This document shows positions 1-10,550 of a stretch of DNA of 64,000 bases, one piece after another. The stretch is taken from the NCBI GenBank assembly GCA_965217895.1, contig CBDCJV010000002.1, positions 384,001 through 448,000 on the forward strand, given 5' to 3'. The DNA comes from Waterburya sp. GTDB taxonomy: Bacteria; Cyanobacteriota; Cyanobacteriia; Cyanobacteriales; Xenococcaceae. Position 1 is the first letter of the stretch. Each line of letters opens with the position of its first letter. Under the pieces are notes generated by a model. That model was given only the letters and a program-made list of their open reading frames with translations. It was not told the DNA's origin and ran no database searches. The position numbers and the translations under genes were made by a program.

Positions 1-1
1 A

Positions 2-856
2 GAAGGTAATGAAACTGTCTTGCGAAATTTGATTCGTAACTTTCGTAGTTTAGAACAAATAACTGATGCGAATCGGCTTGAATATAAAAGAGAAAAACTC
101 AGAGCCAAACAATTAAGTGAGCTAATAACTAAAACATCGTGGCAAAAAATATTAACCTGGAGTTGGCTAGGTTTAATTCCACAATGGTTGGGCTTAAATT
201 TATTATTGCTCCTAGGAGACTATGGCACAAATATAAATTTACTATTTAGTCTTGGCATGATGGCGATCGCTTTTTTTAGCGTTTTATTCTGGTTTATCGA
301 TCGCTATCGTCCTCATATTTCCCAGCCAATTATACCCAATCGCTACGAAATCATAGTTATGGCTATCAGCTATCTTAGCTTGACTAGTCTGAGTATAGTT
401 AACATTTTTATTACTACAGAACGACCTTGGCTAACTTTACTATGTATCAGCATTATCTTCTTACCAATACCAGCATTAATTACAGGTTTGATTTATAAAC
501 AGGGGAGATATCACAATCTGTTAAATACTACCTATTTTGTCGAAGATGGCTCGTTTAGAGAATTTAGGCTCTTATTAGGGCGTTTACCAATTATGCCTCG
601 ATTTCCCTTTTTTCGCGATCGCTACCAGCCTATCTTGTGGCATAGGCGTTGGAGTTGGCTCAACTATTACAACTTGAGCTTAAACAATATTTTCAAGCTA
701 GGATTTAATGATATTCGTCTGCGAGATCGATATCTTCCTGGACTAATCTCTACCTTGGTTTGGTATCAATGGTGTTTGGGAGTTTTATATATTATTCTGC
801 TACTGTGGACTCTTTCTCGAACTATTCCTGGCTTAAATCTCTTGATCTATTTTTAA
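2..856 (+). CDS. C-terminal membrane part of a cyanobacterial pentapeptide-repeat/channel-like membrane protein (5' end outside the window)
   Basis: Frame is open from base 2; several TM segments; ends LLLWTLSRTIPGLNLLIYF as recalled for this cyanobacterial family. Confidence 0.55.
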   Translation, partial: EGNETVLRNLIRNFRSLEQITDANRLEYKREKLRAKQLSELITKTSWQKILTWSWLGLIPQWLGLNLLLLLGDYGTNINLLFSLGMMAIAFFSVLFWFIDRYRPHISQPIIPNRYEIIVMAISYLSLTSLSIVNIFITTERPWLTLLCISIIFLPIPALITGLIYKQGRYHNLLNTTYFVEDGSFREFRLLLGRLPIMPRFPFFRDRYQPILWHRRWSWLNYYNLSLNNIFKLGFNDIRLRDRYLPGLISTLVWYQWCLGVLYIILLLWTLSRTIPGLNLLIYF

Positions 857-1286
857 CTAGCATTATGAACATGGGTTAACAGAGTATCAGTTGTCCATGT
901 TGCTATCCCACAACCAAGAAAATCACGATCAGTTGTCCAAATTGCTGCCTTTATGGCTAATGCTAATGCCAAGTAAACCAATCATTAGGGTCGCGAGGAA
1001 TGCGATTTCTGGCAACGGTTTCGTAGTCAGAATAAACCTTATGAGGTAATATTTTTACTTTCGCTTCAGCCAAAGTGATCGCCGAGGCTAACAAATTTGC
1101 TCCCACTACCTGAGAAAATACACCTTTATCAATCATCTTCTCGATTCTTTTATTCAGTTCATAACTTGTTTCTGACCAAGCTTGTTCCGCCATGTAAAGC
1201 TCTAGTTCGCTTCGAGCAATTAATTTTCTGCCTCGCACTCTGATTAACTCAGCTATCAAAATATTGGCATCAACTACTAAACGCAT
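853..1286 (-). pseudogene. PIN-domain toxin, frameshifted near 970
   Basis: Starts MRLVVDANILI and reaches RDPNDWFT; a shifted frame then reads ALALAIKAAIWTTDRDFLGCGIATWTTDTLLTHVHNAS to TAA at 853-855. Confidence 0.75.
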
Positions 1287-1300
1287 TGTTTATTGTTTGT

Positions 1301-1549
1301 TTATTGTTCTTCTTGAGATAAATCCAAAGCACGAGCTAGAGTAGCTTCATCCATCCCACTTTCTGCAATCGCTGTCTCTACGGTTTGATTCAGTCTTTGT
1401 AATGCTTCGGTGATTTCGATTTCTTCTGATTGTTCTACGGGTATATAAAAACCAACTAATTTGCCATGACGTTTAACTGCTACAGCTTCAGAACTAGCTA
1501 AATACTGAGATGCTTTATCTCTAAATTCTCTGATGCCAACGCTTTTCAT
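1301..1549 (-). CDS. Phd/YefM-like antitoxin
   Basis: MKSVGIREFRDKASQYL...VAVKRHGKLVG; small gene directly upstream of the PIN gene; ATG at 1549 with AGAGGAAG RBS (ORF track starts at 1588). Confidence 0.75.
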   Translation of the reverse strand: MKSVGIREFRDKASQYLASSEAVAVKRHGKLVGFYIPVEQSEEIEITEALQRLNQTVETAIAESGMDEATLARALDLSQEEQ

Positions 1550-1576
1550 GATGCTTCCTCTGTTTGTTATTTGTTT

Positions 1577-1611
1577 TTTTGTGGTCATTTTGTGGTCACA
1601 ATTTTATTATA
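1577..1611 (-). promoter_or_regulatory. TA operon -10 box (TATAAT) and candidate operator (TGACCACAAAA x2)
   Basis: Minus strand reads TATAATaaaattgTGACCACAAAA TGACCACAAAA upstream of the antitoxin. Confidence 0.5.
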
Positions 1612-1719
1612 AATTGAATCATACATTAACTAACAAAGCAAAATGACATTCTCATCTTGAACAGGCAGTTATTGCGCTCCAGAATTTAATTAAATTGCGA
1701 AATATTTATACTCATCCTT

Positions 1720-2247
1720 ATGCCTATCATTATTTGCCCAGGTATCCATTCTCCCCAGTTAACTGAGCAGTTTATTCAAGCAACAAAAAGCATTTTCAAA
1801 GACCATCAGTATTTAATTTTACCGACAGATCGATACGTTCCTTACTCTGCTGTAGACGTGTATCAATGGTTAAAGCAACAACTATCCCCTCTAGAAGCTC
1901 AACCATTAACTTTTATTGCTTTCAGTGCAGGGGTGGTAGGAGGATTTGGCGCAGCGTTGGCTTGGCAATTACAGGGAGGCAAAGTCAAAAGCTTTATTGC
2001 TGGGGATGGCTGGGGAATGCCTTTATTGGCTAGTTTTCCTATTTATCGTTTTAGTCACGACTACTTTACTCACTGGAGTTCTGCTATTCTAGGTGGAGGC
2101 GATCAAGGATTTTATGCCGAACCTGGAGTAGAGCATTTAGACTTATGGCGATCGCCTGATAACTGTTATGGGTGGCAAGTAATTAGTCCAGGTTGCAAAA
2201 CTCGTTGCTCTTTAACAATATACTTAGAAAGCATTTTAAATTTCTAA
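1720..2247 (+). CDS. Conserved hypothetical protein, alpha/beta-hydrolase-like
   Basis: IICPGIH start and FIAFSAG nucleophile-elbow-like motif. Confidence 0.5.
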   Translation: MPIIICPGIHSPQLTEQFIQATKSIFKDHQYLILPTDRYVPYSAVDVYQWLKQQLSPLEAQPLTFIAFSAGVVGGFGAALAWQLQGGKVKSFIAGDGWGMPLLASFPIYRFSHDYFTHWSSAILGGGDQGFYAEPGVEHLDLWRSPDNCYGWQVISPGCKTRCSLTIYLESILNF

Positions 2248-2365
2248 AGAACAAACTAACTCATGTTTATAAATTTAAAAGTATAAATTAAGCTAATTTT
2301 TGTTACATAGCAGACAATAGATTTTACAATAAAATAATAAGCAAGTTAAATAACGGATAGCAAGC

Positions 2366-4219
2366 GTGGTATCTACAAGTATTCCTAAAAGCTCTCAATC
2401 AATCCAAACCTCTCAACGTCAGACAGGCGCATTTGCCCTAATGGACAGTTTGCGTCGTCATGGTGTAAAGCACATTTTTGGCTATCCTGGAGGGGCAATA
2501 CTGCCTATCTATGATGAACTATATCGTGCCGAAGCTAGAGGAGAAGTTCAGCACATTCTGGTACGCCATGAGCAAGCAGCCTCTCATGCAGCAGATGGTT
2601 ATGCTCGTGCCACAGGTAAAGTAGGAGTTTGCTTTGCAACTTCAGGACCAGGGGCAACCAATCTAGTTACAGGGATTGCTACGGCAAATCTCGATTCGAT
2701 TCCGATGGTGGCAATTACAGGACAAGTAGCCCGTGCAGCAATTGGTACTGATGCTTTCCAAGAAATAGACATTTTTGGGATCACCACTCCCATCGTCAAA
2801 AATTCTTATGTGGTGCGCCATGCCAAAGATATGGCAAGAATTGTTGCTGAAGCTTTTCACATAGCCAGTACGGGTCGTCCAGGACCAGTTTTAATTGATA
2901 TACCCAAGGATGTTGGATACGAAGAGTTTGATTATGTACCTGTGCAGCCAGGTAAAGTAAACCTAAGGGGATATAAGCCCACGGTTAGGGGAAATATTCG
3001 TCAAATTAATGCTGCCTTGAAGCTGATAGCAAAAGCAGAAAAGCCTCTAATGTACGTTGGTGGAGGTGCTGTGGCTGCTGATGCCCATGCTCAAATCAAG
3101 GAACTGGCAGAGAAATTTCAAATACCAGTAACTACTACTTTGATGGGATTGGGATCGTTTGATGAACATAATTCTCTGGCTGTAGGAATGTTGGGAATGC
3201 ACGGCACGGCTTATGCTAATTTTGCCGTTAGTGAATGTGATTTGCTAATTGCTGTTGGTGCCAGGTTCGACGATCGCGTTACGGGTAAGCTAGACGAGTT
3301 TGCCAACCGTGCCAAGGTAATTCACATTGATATTGACCCTGCTGAAGTAGGTAAAAATCGTCTGCCTGAAGTGCCAATTGTCGGCGATGTGCGTAAAGTG
3401 TTAGAGCAAATATTAGACAGGGCAAAAGAAGCTGATTATGATTTTGGCTCTGATTTAACTAAGCCTTGGCTGGATAAAATCAATCACTGGCGCGCAGAAT
3501 ACCCCCTACCTGTTCCTCATCCTGAAGAGGGTTTGTCTCCTCAAGAAGTAATTGTCGAATTAAATAAGCAAGCTCCTCAAGCCTTTTACACCACTGATGT
3601 TGGTCAGCATCAAATGTGGGCTGCTCAATTCCTTAAAAACGGTCCCCGTCGCTGGATTTCTAGCGCAGGTTTAGGGACAATGGGCTATGGTTTAGCGGCT
3701 GCCATGGGCGCAAAAGTAGCTGTACCCAATGAAGAAACTATCTGTATTAGTGGTGATGCTAGTTTCCAAATGAACCCTCAAGAGTTGGGAACGCTAGCGC
3801 AGTTTGATATTAATGTTAAAACCGTAATTATCAACAACGGTTGGCAGGGAATGGTGCGTCAGTGGCAGCAAACTTTCTTTGGAGAGAGATATTCTTCCTC
3901 TAACATGGAAATAGGTGCGCCAGACTTTGTAATTCTGGCTCAAGCCTATGGTATCAAAGGCATGGTGATTCGCGATCGCTCTGAATTAGCAGATGCAGTT
4001 GCCGAGATGTTGGCACACGATGGTCCAGTATTAATGGATGTGCGAGTAACTAAGGATGAGAACTGCTACCCGATGATCGCTCCTGGTAAAAGCAACGCTC
4101 AGATGCTGGGATTACCTCAAAAAGAAATTAAAGCTACTGAACATAAAAACTGTAGCAACTGTGGCGTAACTAATCCTGCTGCTAATAATTTTTGCCCTGA
4201 ATGCGGTAGCCAACTGTAG
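2366..4219 (+). CDS. ilvB: Acetolactate synthase large subunit with C-terminal zinc ribbon
   Basis: [36 protein letters not shown] motif; terminal CSNC...CPEC. Confidence 0.95.
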   Translation: MVSTSIPKSSQSIQTSQRQTGAFALMDSLRRHGVKHIFGYPGGAILPIYDELYRAEARGEVQHILVRHEQAASHAADGYARATGKVGVCFATSGPGATNLVTGIATANLDSIPMVAITGQVARAAIGTDAFQEIDIFGITTPIVKNSYVVRHAKDMARIVAEAFHIASTGRPGPVLIDIPKDVGYEEFDYVPVQPGKVNLRGYKPTVRGNIRQINAALKLIAKAEKPLMYVGGGAVAADAHAQIKELAEKFQIPVTTTLMGLGSFDEHNSLAVGMLGMHGTAYANFAVSECDLLIAVGARFDDRVTGKLDEFANRAKVIHIDIDPAEVGKNRLPEVPIVGDVRKVLEQILDRAKEADYDFGSDLTKPWLDKINHWRAEYPLPVPHPEEGLSPQEVIVELNKQAPQAFYTTDVGQHQMWAAQFLKNGPRRWISSAGLGTMGYGLAAAMGAKVAVPNEETICISGDASFQMNPQELGTLAQFDINVKTVIINNGWQGMVRQWQQTFFGERYSSSNMEIGAPDFVILAQAYGIKGMVIRDRSELADAVAEMLAHDGPVLMDVRVTKDENCYPMIAPGKSNAQMLGLPQKEIKATEHKNCSNCGVTNPAANNFCPECGSQL

Positions 4220-4323
4220 TTGCGATCGTATTGCCATTGATTTGATTATGCTAGATTTTTGGTAATTAATTGAAGCTTAATGATTAAAGTTAGCTTTAGT
4301 TCGTCAATCATTGGTTCTGAGTT

Positions 4324-4833
4324 ATGAAAGTTCGAGCCGAAAAGCCAGAAGATGTAGAAGCTATTCACAGAGTTAATGTCGCGGCATTTGGACGAGAGAG
4401 TGAGGCGAATTTAGTCGCTCAGTTGCGAGGTGTTGCCTCTACATTTTCCTTTGTTGTTGTTGAATCTGAGCAAATTGTCGGACACATTTTCTTTAGTCCA
4501 GTTACGCTTAAAGGTGAATGTGCTGATGATTTACTTGTTCTGGGACTAGCACCAGTAGCAGTGCTACCCGACTATCAGCGACAAGGAATTGGGTCATTGC
4601 TGATTCAGCATGGTTTAAAAGAATGTGATCGGTTCGGTTTCAAAGCTGTTGTCGTGCTGGGTTCTCCAGAATACTATCCACGATTCGGGTTTACTCCAGC
4701 CAAGGAGAAGGGATTGAAATGTGAGTACACAGGGTCAGATGAGGCGTTTATGTTGTTGGAGTTAGAAAATGGTGCATTGGAGAACTGGGTTGGAACGGTA
4801 AAATATCGGTCAGAGTTCGACAAACTTGAGTAG
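4324..4833 (+). CDS. GNAT N-acetyltransferase (YhbS-like)
   Basis: LAPVAVLPDYQRQGIG, VLGSPEYYPRFGF. Confidence 0.85.
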   Translation: MKVRAEKPEDVEAIHRVNVAAFGRESEANLVAQLRGVASTFSFVVVESEQIVGHIFFSPVTLKGECADDLLVLGLAPVAVLPDYQRQGIGSLLIQHGLKECDRFGFKAVVVLGSPEYYPRFGFTPAKEKGLKCEYTGSDEAFMLLELENGALENWVGTVKYRSEFDKLE

Positions 4834-4857
4834 CGATCTCGCCTTCTCTCTTTTCTT

Positions 4858-5208
4858 TTACTCTAATTCCAGCTTTAAAGAAGGCATCAGTCGTTGCAAA
4901 TTTTTGAGAGATTTTCCTTGCCAGGGATTTTTTTTCGCTCCAATTACTACCATTTGAATGTTCTTAGACTTACGAACTTTAATGACGAACTTGGATAAAA
5001 TACTAATTCCCGAACTGTTAAGAAAACTTAAATCTTTTAGATCTAAAACAATCTTTTCTGGTTCTTGTTGAGCAATACTGTCTAGCAACTCAGAAATAGA
5101 AGCATATTCCTCACTTCCATTAAGGCGCAACGAACCGTCAAAAACAACGTTGTGGGATGTTTCATCGTAAATAATATTATAGCTTTCAGTTTTAATTTCC
5201 ATAGCCAT
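4858..5208 (-). CDS. STAS / anti-sigma-antagonist-like protein (Slr1659-like)
   Basis: LDLKDLSFLNSSGI matches the STAS phospho-Ser motif; 116 aa. Confidence 0.75.
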   Translation of the reverse strand: MAMEIKTESYNIIYDETSHNVVFDGSLRLNGSEEYASISELLDSIAQQEPEKIVLDLKDLSFLNSSGISILSKFVIKVRKSKNIQMVVIGAKKNPWQGKSLKNLQRLMPSLKLELE

Positions 5209-5414
5209 CTCAAAAAAAAAATAATTTGATTAATTAACTCAATTGTTTACGACTTTAAATTATTTAAATAAAAACTAAATAAGACACATGGTAAATATCT
5301 TGAACCAAAGTCAAAAAACCAAAATAGGTAATTTAAATTTGTAGTTTATTTTTATAACCTGTTTTTTCGATCACCAACCAGCTATTTTAGCCTTTAAACA
5401 GAAAAACACTCAGC

Positions 5415-6017
5415 TTAAATAGCTAACTGTACCATTGTCGTCACAGCAACTTCATTAGACTGTTTAGGTAAGGGAGCAAATTTCCAGCCTAATTTTGCTC
5501 CATAATCATTAAGCATGGTTAATAAGCCTAAGCCTGATTCTTCAGCATTTTCTTCTAAAGCATTTTTTTCAAGTTGAGCAAGATATAGCTCTTGAGGATC
5601 GGCCTGAAGCAAAAATTGAATATGATTTTGAAAGTGTTTAGTTTGTTCAGCCTGTATGCTGTTGGTTAGTTGAAAAGTAATTAAGTTTGGATTGAGATGA
5701 ATTTGAATACTAACTGGAAGTGGCGACATTTCTACGCCGTATTTCATCGCATTTTCTAATAGTTCATTGGCAATATAGCTAACGGCACTTTTTACTTCAG
5801 CTTGCTTATCAGAATCTGGCTGGCGATCATCATTACCCAGAAAAAAGGTGCTGAGATAATCAGCCAAGAAATCTGCCGACAAACAATTATTACGCCATCT
5901 CTGACGTAGAGGAATAGAGCCTGGAGAAAAGCTGAGGATCAAGTACTCTTGACTAGAAGATAAATCTTGAATAAAGTCTCCCAGTATCTTTTCCATAGCA
6001 ATGTTACTAGTGTTCAT
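5415..6017 (-). CDS. GHKL-fold Ser kinase-like regulator (Slr1658/SiaB/RsbW-like)
   Basis: N-box NELLENAMKY and G-box SGLGL; no His phospho-acceptor box. Confidence 0.7.
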   Translation of the reverse strand: MNTSNIAMEKILGDFIQDLSSSQEYLILSFSPGSIPLRQRWRNNCLSADFLADYLSTFFLGNDDRQPDSDKQAEVKSAVSYIANELLENAMKYGVEMSPLPVSIQIHLNPNLITFQLTNSIQAEQTKHFQNHIQFLLQADPQELYLAQLEKNALEENAEESGLGLLTMLNDYGAKLGWKFAPLPKQSNEVAVTTMVQLAI

Positions 6018-6062
6018 ATAGATAGTTCATATATATAGTGAAATTTAAATTAACGCCCAATG

Positions 6063-7811
6063 CTACTTCTGTTTCAACACAACTAAAGTGATGTCATCGT
6101 ATACTTTCTCTACTCCGATATGCGATCGCACATCTTGAATCACTGCTTGCCTTATATCCTTAGCCGACTGCTGCCAATTTTGCTGTACCACCCAACATAA
6201 TTGTTCTAGTCCATAATGCACTCCCAAATGGTTTTCTGCCTCTGTAATTCCATCGGTGTATAGTATTACTACATCTCCAGGATTTAAATACACTTGAGCT
6301 TGAAAAACAAAATCTTTAATTGTTTCTTCTAAGCCAATGGGAAAGCCTAGATCGATTGTATCTACCCTTTCAACTTCACCTCCTGAGCGAACTACAACCA
6401 TTTCTTCATGTTGACCACTAAGGCTAAGTACCCCATCGTGATAATCTACCAAACATAAAGAAAGATTTTTATCTGAATCCATACGCTGGACATTTTTGTA
6501 GATAGTCCGATTTAGCACTTCAAAAAACCGCTTAGGATCGGTTTCATTATTTTCCATTAAGGTACGAACTGCTGTTTGCACCATCAACATCAATACTCCG
6601 CTTTCTAAACCATGTCCCGTGACATCACCAATGCCAATAGTGATGCGTCCGTGATGTTGCAGCACATCATAATAATCTCCCCCAACTTCATCAGCAGGTT
6701 CCATAAATCCCGCAATTTCTAACTCTTCAATTTGACTGAGTTCTTTTTCTTTGGGCAAGAGCATCATTTGCAGACGCTGGGTTACTTCTAATTCCGCACT
6801 CAAACGGCTATTCTCGGCTAGTAAACGATTATTAAGCTGGCTAATTTGCTCGTTTGCCTTAGCCAATTGCCCTAAATAAGAAGATTCTCGATCTCTTAGT
6901 CTTTTTTGCTCTAGGCAAGCTCCTAATCTGGCTTTTAATAATGTGGGATTAAAAGGTTTAGCCAAATAATCTGCTGCACCCATTTCGATACATTTAATCA
7001 CGCTATCAACTTCATCGAGAGCCGAAATCATGATCGTAGGAATGTGTCGCCAAGAACCCGAACGAATCCATTTGAGGACTTCATAGCCATTAATTTCTGG
7101 CATAATGATATCCAGCAAAATTAAGTCATAAATTCCCGTTTGGATCATTCTGATCGCCTGTTTGCCGTTAACAGCAGCGATCGCCTGATAACCCTGTGCC
7201 TGAACCTGACGAGCTAGCAAATCCCGATTGGCTGGATTATCATCAACAATCAAAACCTTATAGCTGCTGGTATCTAAAGGATCGTTATTGGCAGCGATTA
7301 GACTGGCTGAGTCGAGAATCAAGTCTATTTCTAGAGAGTTGTCTTTGATTTGTGGGGAAACAGATGTTAGACAGTTAAACTTCGTTTCGGGAATTGAAAT
7401 ATTAATTAAATTACTTATTTCTTGCAAGAGTTTATTGGCGGCGATATCTATTTTTTTGATGTCGGCAATAAAGTCTGTTTCTATTAGAGGAATCAACTGC
7501 TGGCAATAATTAATTACCTGCTGAGTTGGTTGTTCTAAGGCAATTTTTAGCTGAGGATTAGTAACAATCTTATTTAAATCCAATTCACTGTCTATTAATG
7601 GCTCAGGATTTAAAAAACTATTAATCGAAACTAACAATTTAGTCCCACAGTCGCGAATAGACTCTAAATTAGGCAGATATTCTACGTCTGCTAGGTCTTC
7701 AACTTCTTCTATCAGCATCTCACTGTAGCCAATGATGGCATTAATCGGCGTGCGTAATTCGTGCCGTAAATGAGCAAGAATGGATAACTGGGATTGACTA
7801 TCTGTGGTCAT
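6063..7811 (-). CDS. DHp(HisKA)-REC-PP2C/SpoIIE phosphatase
   Basis: [20 protein letters not shown] (VDD, LLDIIMP, KP); PP2C motifs EVGGDYYD, GDVTGHG, YTDGITEA, DDIT. Confidence 0.9.
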   Translation of the reverse strand: MTTDSQSQLSILAHLRHELRTPINAIIGYSEMLIEEVEDLADVEYLPNLESIRDCGTKLLVSINSFLNPEPLIDSELDLNKIVTNPQLKIALEQPTQQVINYCQQLIPLIETDFIADIKKIDIAANKLLQEISNLINISIPETKFNCLTSVSPQIKDNSLEIDLILDSASLIAANNDPLDTSSYKVLIVDDNPANRDLLARQVQAQGYQAIAAVNGKQAIRMIQTGIYDLILLDIIMPEINGYEVLKWIRSGSWRHIPTIMISALDEVDSVIKCIEMGAADYLAKPFNPTLLKARLGACLEQKRLRDRESSYLGQLAKANEQISQLNNRLLAENSRLSAELEVTQRLQMMLLPKEKELSQIEELEIAGFMEPADEVGGDYYDVLQHHGRITIGIGDVTGHGLESGVLMLMVQTAVRTLMENNETDPKRFFEVLNRTIYKNVQRMDSDKNLSLCLVDYHDGVLSLSGQHEEMVVVRSGGEVERVDTIDLGFPIGLEETIKDFVFQAQVYLNPGDVVILYTDGITEAENHLGVHYGLEQLCWVVQQNWQQSAKDIRQAVIQDVRSHIGVEKVYDDITLVVLKQK

Positions 7812-7858
7812 AACATAGTTTCAATAAATAAAAAATTAGTTAAATTACAATCAGGAGG

Positions 7859-8227
7859 TTAAGTTACTTGAATAAAAGTTTCGATTTTAGCTAGTAAGCG
7901 AGGTAAATCGATCGGTTTCGTATCGTAATCATCACAGCCAACTTCTAAAGCTTTTTCGCGATCGCCAGCCATAGCGTGAGCAGTCAGAGCAATTATTGGA
8001 ATAAACTTAGTAGCGGGGTCTGTTTTAAGATTTTTGGTAGCTTCCCAGCCATCCATTACAGGCAAACTCATATCCATTAAAATTAAATCAGGAATTTCCA
8101 AACTAGCCTTTTCTACTCCTTCTGCTCCATTAACCGCTATCACTACTTTATAGCCTCGACGCTCCAAACGTCGCGAGAGCATATCTCTATTCATTTCGTT
8201 GTCTTCGACTAGCAGTATTTTGGACAT
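7859..8227 (-). CDS. Single-domain response regulator (DivK-like)
   Basis: LLVEDN, LMDMSLP, ALTAHAM, TKP; 122 aa. Confidence 0.9.
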   Translation of the reverse strand: MSKILLVEDNEMNRDMLSRRLERRGYKVVIAVNGAEGVEKASLEIPDLILMDMSLPVMDGWEATKNLKTDPATKFIPIIALTAHAMAGDREKALEVGCDDYDTKPIDLPRLLAKIETFIQVT

Positions 8228-8281
8228 AATTTTAAGGGAATTAACTTAGATACCCGATCGAGTATTTACAAGTATTTAGAT

Positions 8282-10483
8282 TTACGTAGAAAAAATAGTA
8301 GAAATTGACTGTTGATTTACTGAATTTTGCTGACGAGAAATCACTTCATCTAAAAGGTTTGTTACTTCGTCTAATAATACTGAGCGTTGATATGAACCTT
8401 TCTCAAAAATTTTACTGACTCCTCCATTCAATTTCTGACGATCCTTGGCGGTAATTGTTTTAGCCGTCAAAATAATTACGGGAATAGAGTGCCATTTTTG
8501 GTGCTGTTTAAGGCGGTGAACCAATTCAAAACCATCCATTTCTGGCATCATCAAATCGGTAAGAATCAACTTTGGTTCATGATTTTGTAACTTAATTAAT
8601 GCTTCTCGTCCATCTTTTGCCTCGATTACTTTCCAGTTTTCTTTTCTCAATTGACGACAAAGCATTTCTCTGACTCCAGGGTCGTCCTCTACCACCAAAA
8701 TTGAATCAGAATCGGAAACTGGTTTAAACTTATGCAGGATCATTTCTAATTTTCGACTATCAATTGGCTTTAATAGGTATTCCGCAGCACCTAAGGCATA
8801 ACCTAAATTTTGATCGTCAACCATAGTCATCATAATTACAGGAATATCTGCGGTTTGAGGATTAGCCTTGAGAGCCGTTAAAACTGACCAACCATCCATT
8901 CCAGGCATCATCACATCCAAAGTAATAGCCTCAGGGCGCAGAGATTTAGCCAAATTTATTCCTTCTAGACCGCTGAGGGCAGTTTGAATTTCAAATCCCT
9001 TTTTCTCAAAAAATCGCTGTAATAAATCGTGAACTGTAGGATCATCGTCTATGACTAAAATTGTATTTTTTTTGGTAGAGTCATTACTTTTGAGAGGAAA
9101 GCTTTCTTGAGGTTGATTGGACTTTTCTTTATTTGTATCGACTACCTGAACTGGAAGATTAATTGTGAAGGTAGAACCCTTGCCTAACTCACTTTCCACC
9201 TTTATATCTCCTCCCATCATCTGACAGAATTTTTTGGTGATGGCTAAACCTAAGCCAGTTCCACCATACTTACGAGTGGTTGAAGCGTCAGCCTGACTAA
9301 AAGCCTGGAACAGTTTACCCATTTGCTCTTGATTCATGCCGATGCCTGTATCGGTAACTTTAAAAGCAAGATATTTGTGATCTTTTGCCGTGTAAGAAGT
9401 TACATCTAAAGTGATAGTACCGTTTTTGGTAAATTTGCTGGCATTACTGAGAAGATTAAACAAACTTTGACGCACCTTAGTCAGATCGGCGTGCATGACA
9501 TCTAGATCGTCCGCCAAATTGAATTTCAAAGTATTACTATTTTTCTCAATCAAAGGGCGAATGGTAGATACTGTCTCGTTGATTAGACTTTTGATTTCAA
9601 AAGTTTCTAAGTACAGTTCCATGCGACCTGCTTCAATTTTCGAGAGGTCGAGAATATCGTTGATTAGAGTAAGGAGATGTTTACCTGCACCATGAATTTT
9701 GTTGAGGTCGGGAATAAAATCATTTTGCCCAACATCTTCTGCTTCTTCCATCAGCATCTCGCTATAGCCAATAATGGCATTCATGGGGGTACGCAGTTCA
9801 TGACTCATGTTGGCTAAAAACTGGCTTTTTGCCTGGTTAGCTTTTTCTGCCTCAGTCATGGTTTTTGCCAATTCGGCAGTCCTTTCTCTGACTCTGATTT
9901 CTAAATCTTTTTTTTGCTGTACCAACTCTACTTGAGCTTGACGGAGAGTTTTTAGAGTCCGAGAAAGCTTATTGGTTCGCTCTTCGACTCTGTTTTCTAA
10001 TTCTTGATTTAACTTGAGCAAAGAGCCTTCGACTCGTTCTCGTTGCAGGATCTCTTTTTTGAGCATTCGGTTTTGCCCTTCTAAGGTTCTAGCAAGGTTA
10101 CGCAACTGTAGTTGAACTCTAACTCTAGCAAGCACTTCTTCTCGCTGAAATGGCTTGGTTATATAATCAACTGCACCGATCGCAAAACCTCTAACTTTAT
10201 GTTCGGTATCTGATAAAGCCGTCATGAAAATAATCGGTACATCAAAGGTATCGGGATTTGCCTTAATTCTTTGGCAAGTTTGATAACCATCAATCCCTGG
10301 CATCATTACATCCAGCAAAATTAACTCTGGTTTATAATACTGCACCTGCTCGATCGCCGTTTCACCATCGATCGCCACTGCCACCTGAAAGCCAGCCCTG
10401 GTTAGAGTTTCTGATAAAACTTCTAAATTATTATGATTGTCGTCAACAATTAAAATGCTGTGGGAATTAGAATTTTCCGTCAC
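8282..10483 (-). CDS. Cytoplasmic hybrid histidine kinase REC-HisKA-HATPase-REC-REC
   Basis: N-terminal [36 protein letters not shown], two C-terminal RECs. Confidence 0.92.
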   Translation of the reverse strand: MTENSNSHSILIVDDNHNNLEVLSETLTRAGFQVAVAIDGETAIEQVQYYKPELILLDVMMPGIDGYQTCQRIKANPDTFDVPIIFMTALSDTEHKVRGFAIGAVDYITKPFQREEVLARVRVQLQLRNLARTLEGQNRMLKKEILQRERVEGSLLKLNQELENRVEERTNKLSRTLKTLRQAQVELVQQKKDLEIRVRERTAELAKTMTEAEKANQAKSQFLANMSHELRTPMNAIIGYSEMLMEEAEDVGQNDFIPDLNKIHGAGKHLLTLINDILDLSKIEAGRMELYLETFEIKSLINETVSTIRPLIEKNSNTLKFNLADDLDVMHADLTKVRQSLFNLLSNASKFTKNGTITLDVTSYTAKDHKYLAFKVTDTGIGMNQEQMGKLFQAFSQADASTTRKYGGTGLGLAITKKFCQMMGGDIKVESELGKGSTFTINLPVQVVDTNKEKSNQPQESFPLKSNDSTKKNTILVIDDDPTVHDLLQRFFEKKGFEIQTALSGLEGINLAKSLRPEAITLDVMMPGMDGWSVLTALKANPQTADIPVIMMTMVDDQNLGYALGAAEYLLKPIDSRKLEMILHKFKPVSDSDSILVVEDDPGVREMLCRQLRKENWKVIEAKDGREALIKLQNHEPKLILTDLMMPEMDGFELVHRLKQHQKWHSIPVIILTAKTITAKDRQKLNGGVSKIFEKGSYQRSVLLDEVTNLLDEVISRQQNSVNQQSISTIFST

Positions 10484-10550
10484 TTGTCTTACTCCATTAA
10501 GCCTATATATTTTTGAGATTTTTTAAAGTTCGTAATTATCAACCTGGTTT

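Noticed and set aside
4140..4219. Zinc ribbon on IlvB
   Set aside because: Recalled as common in cyanobacterial IlvB, so not novel
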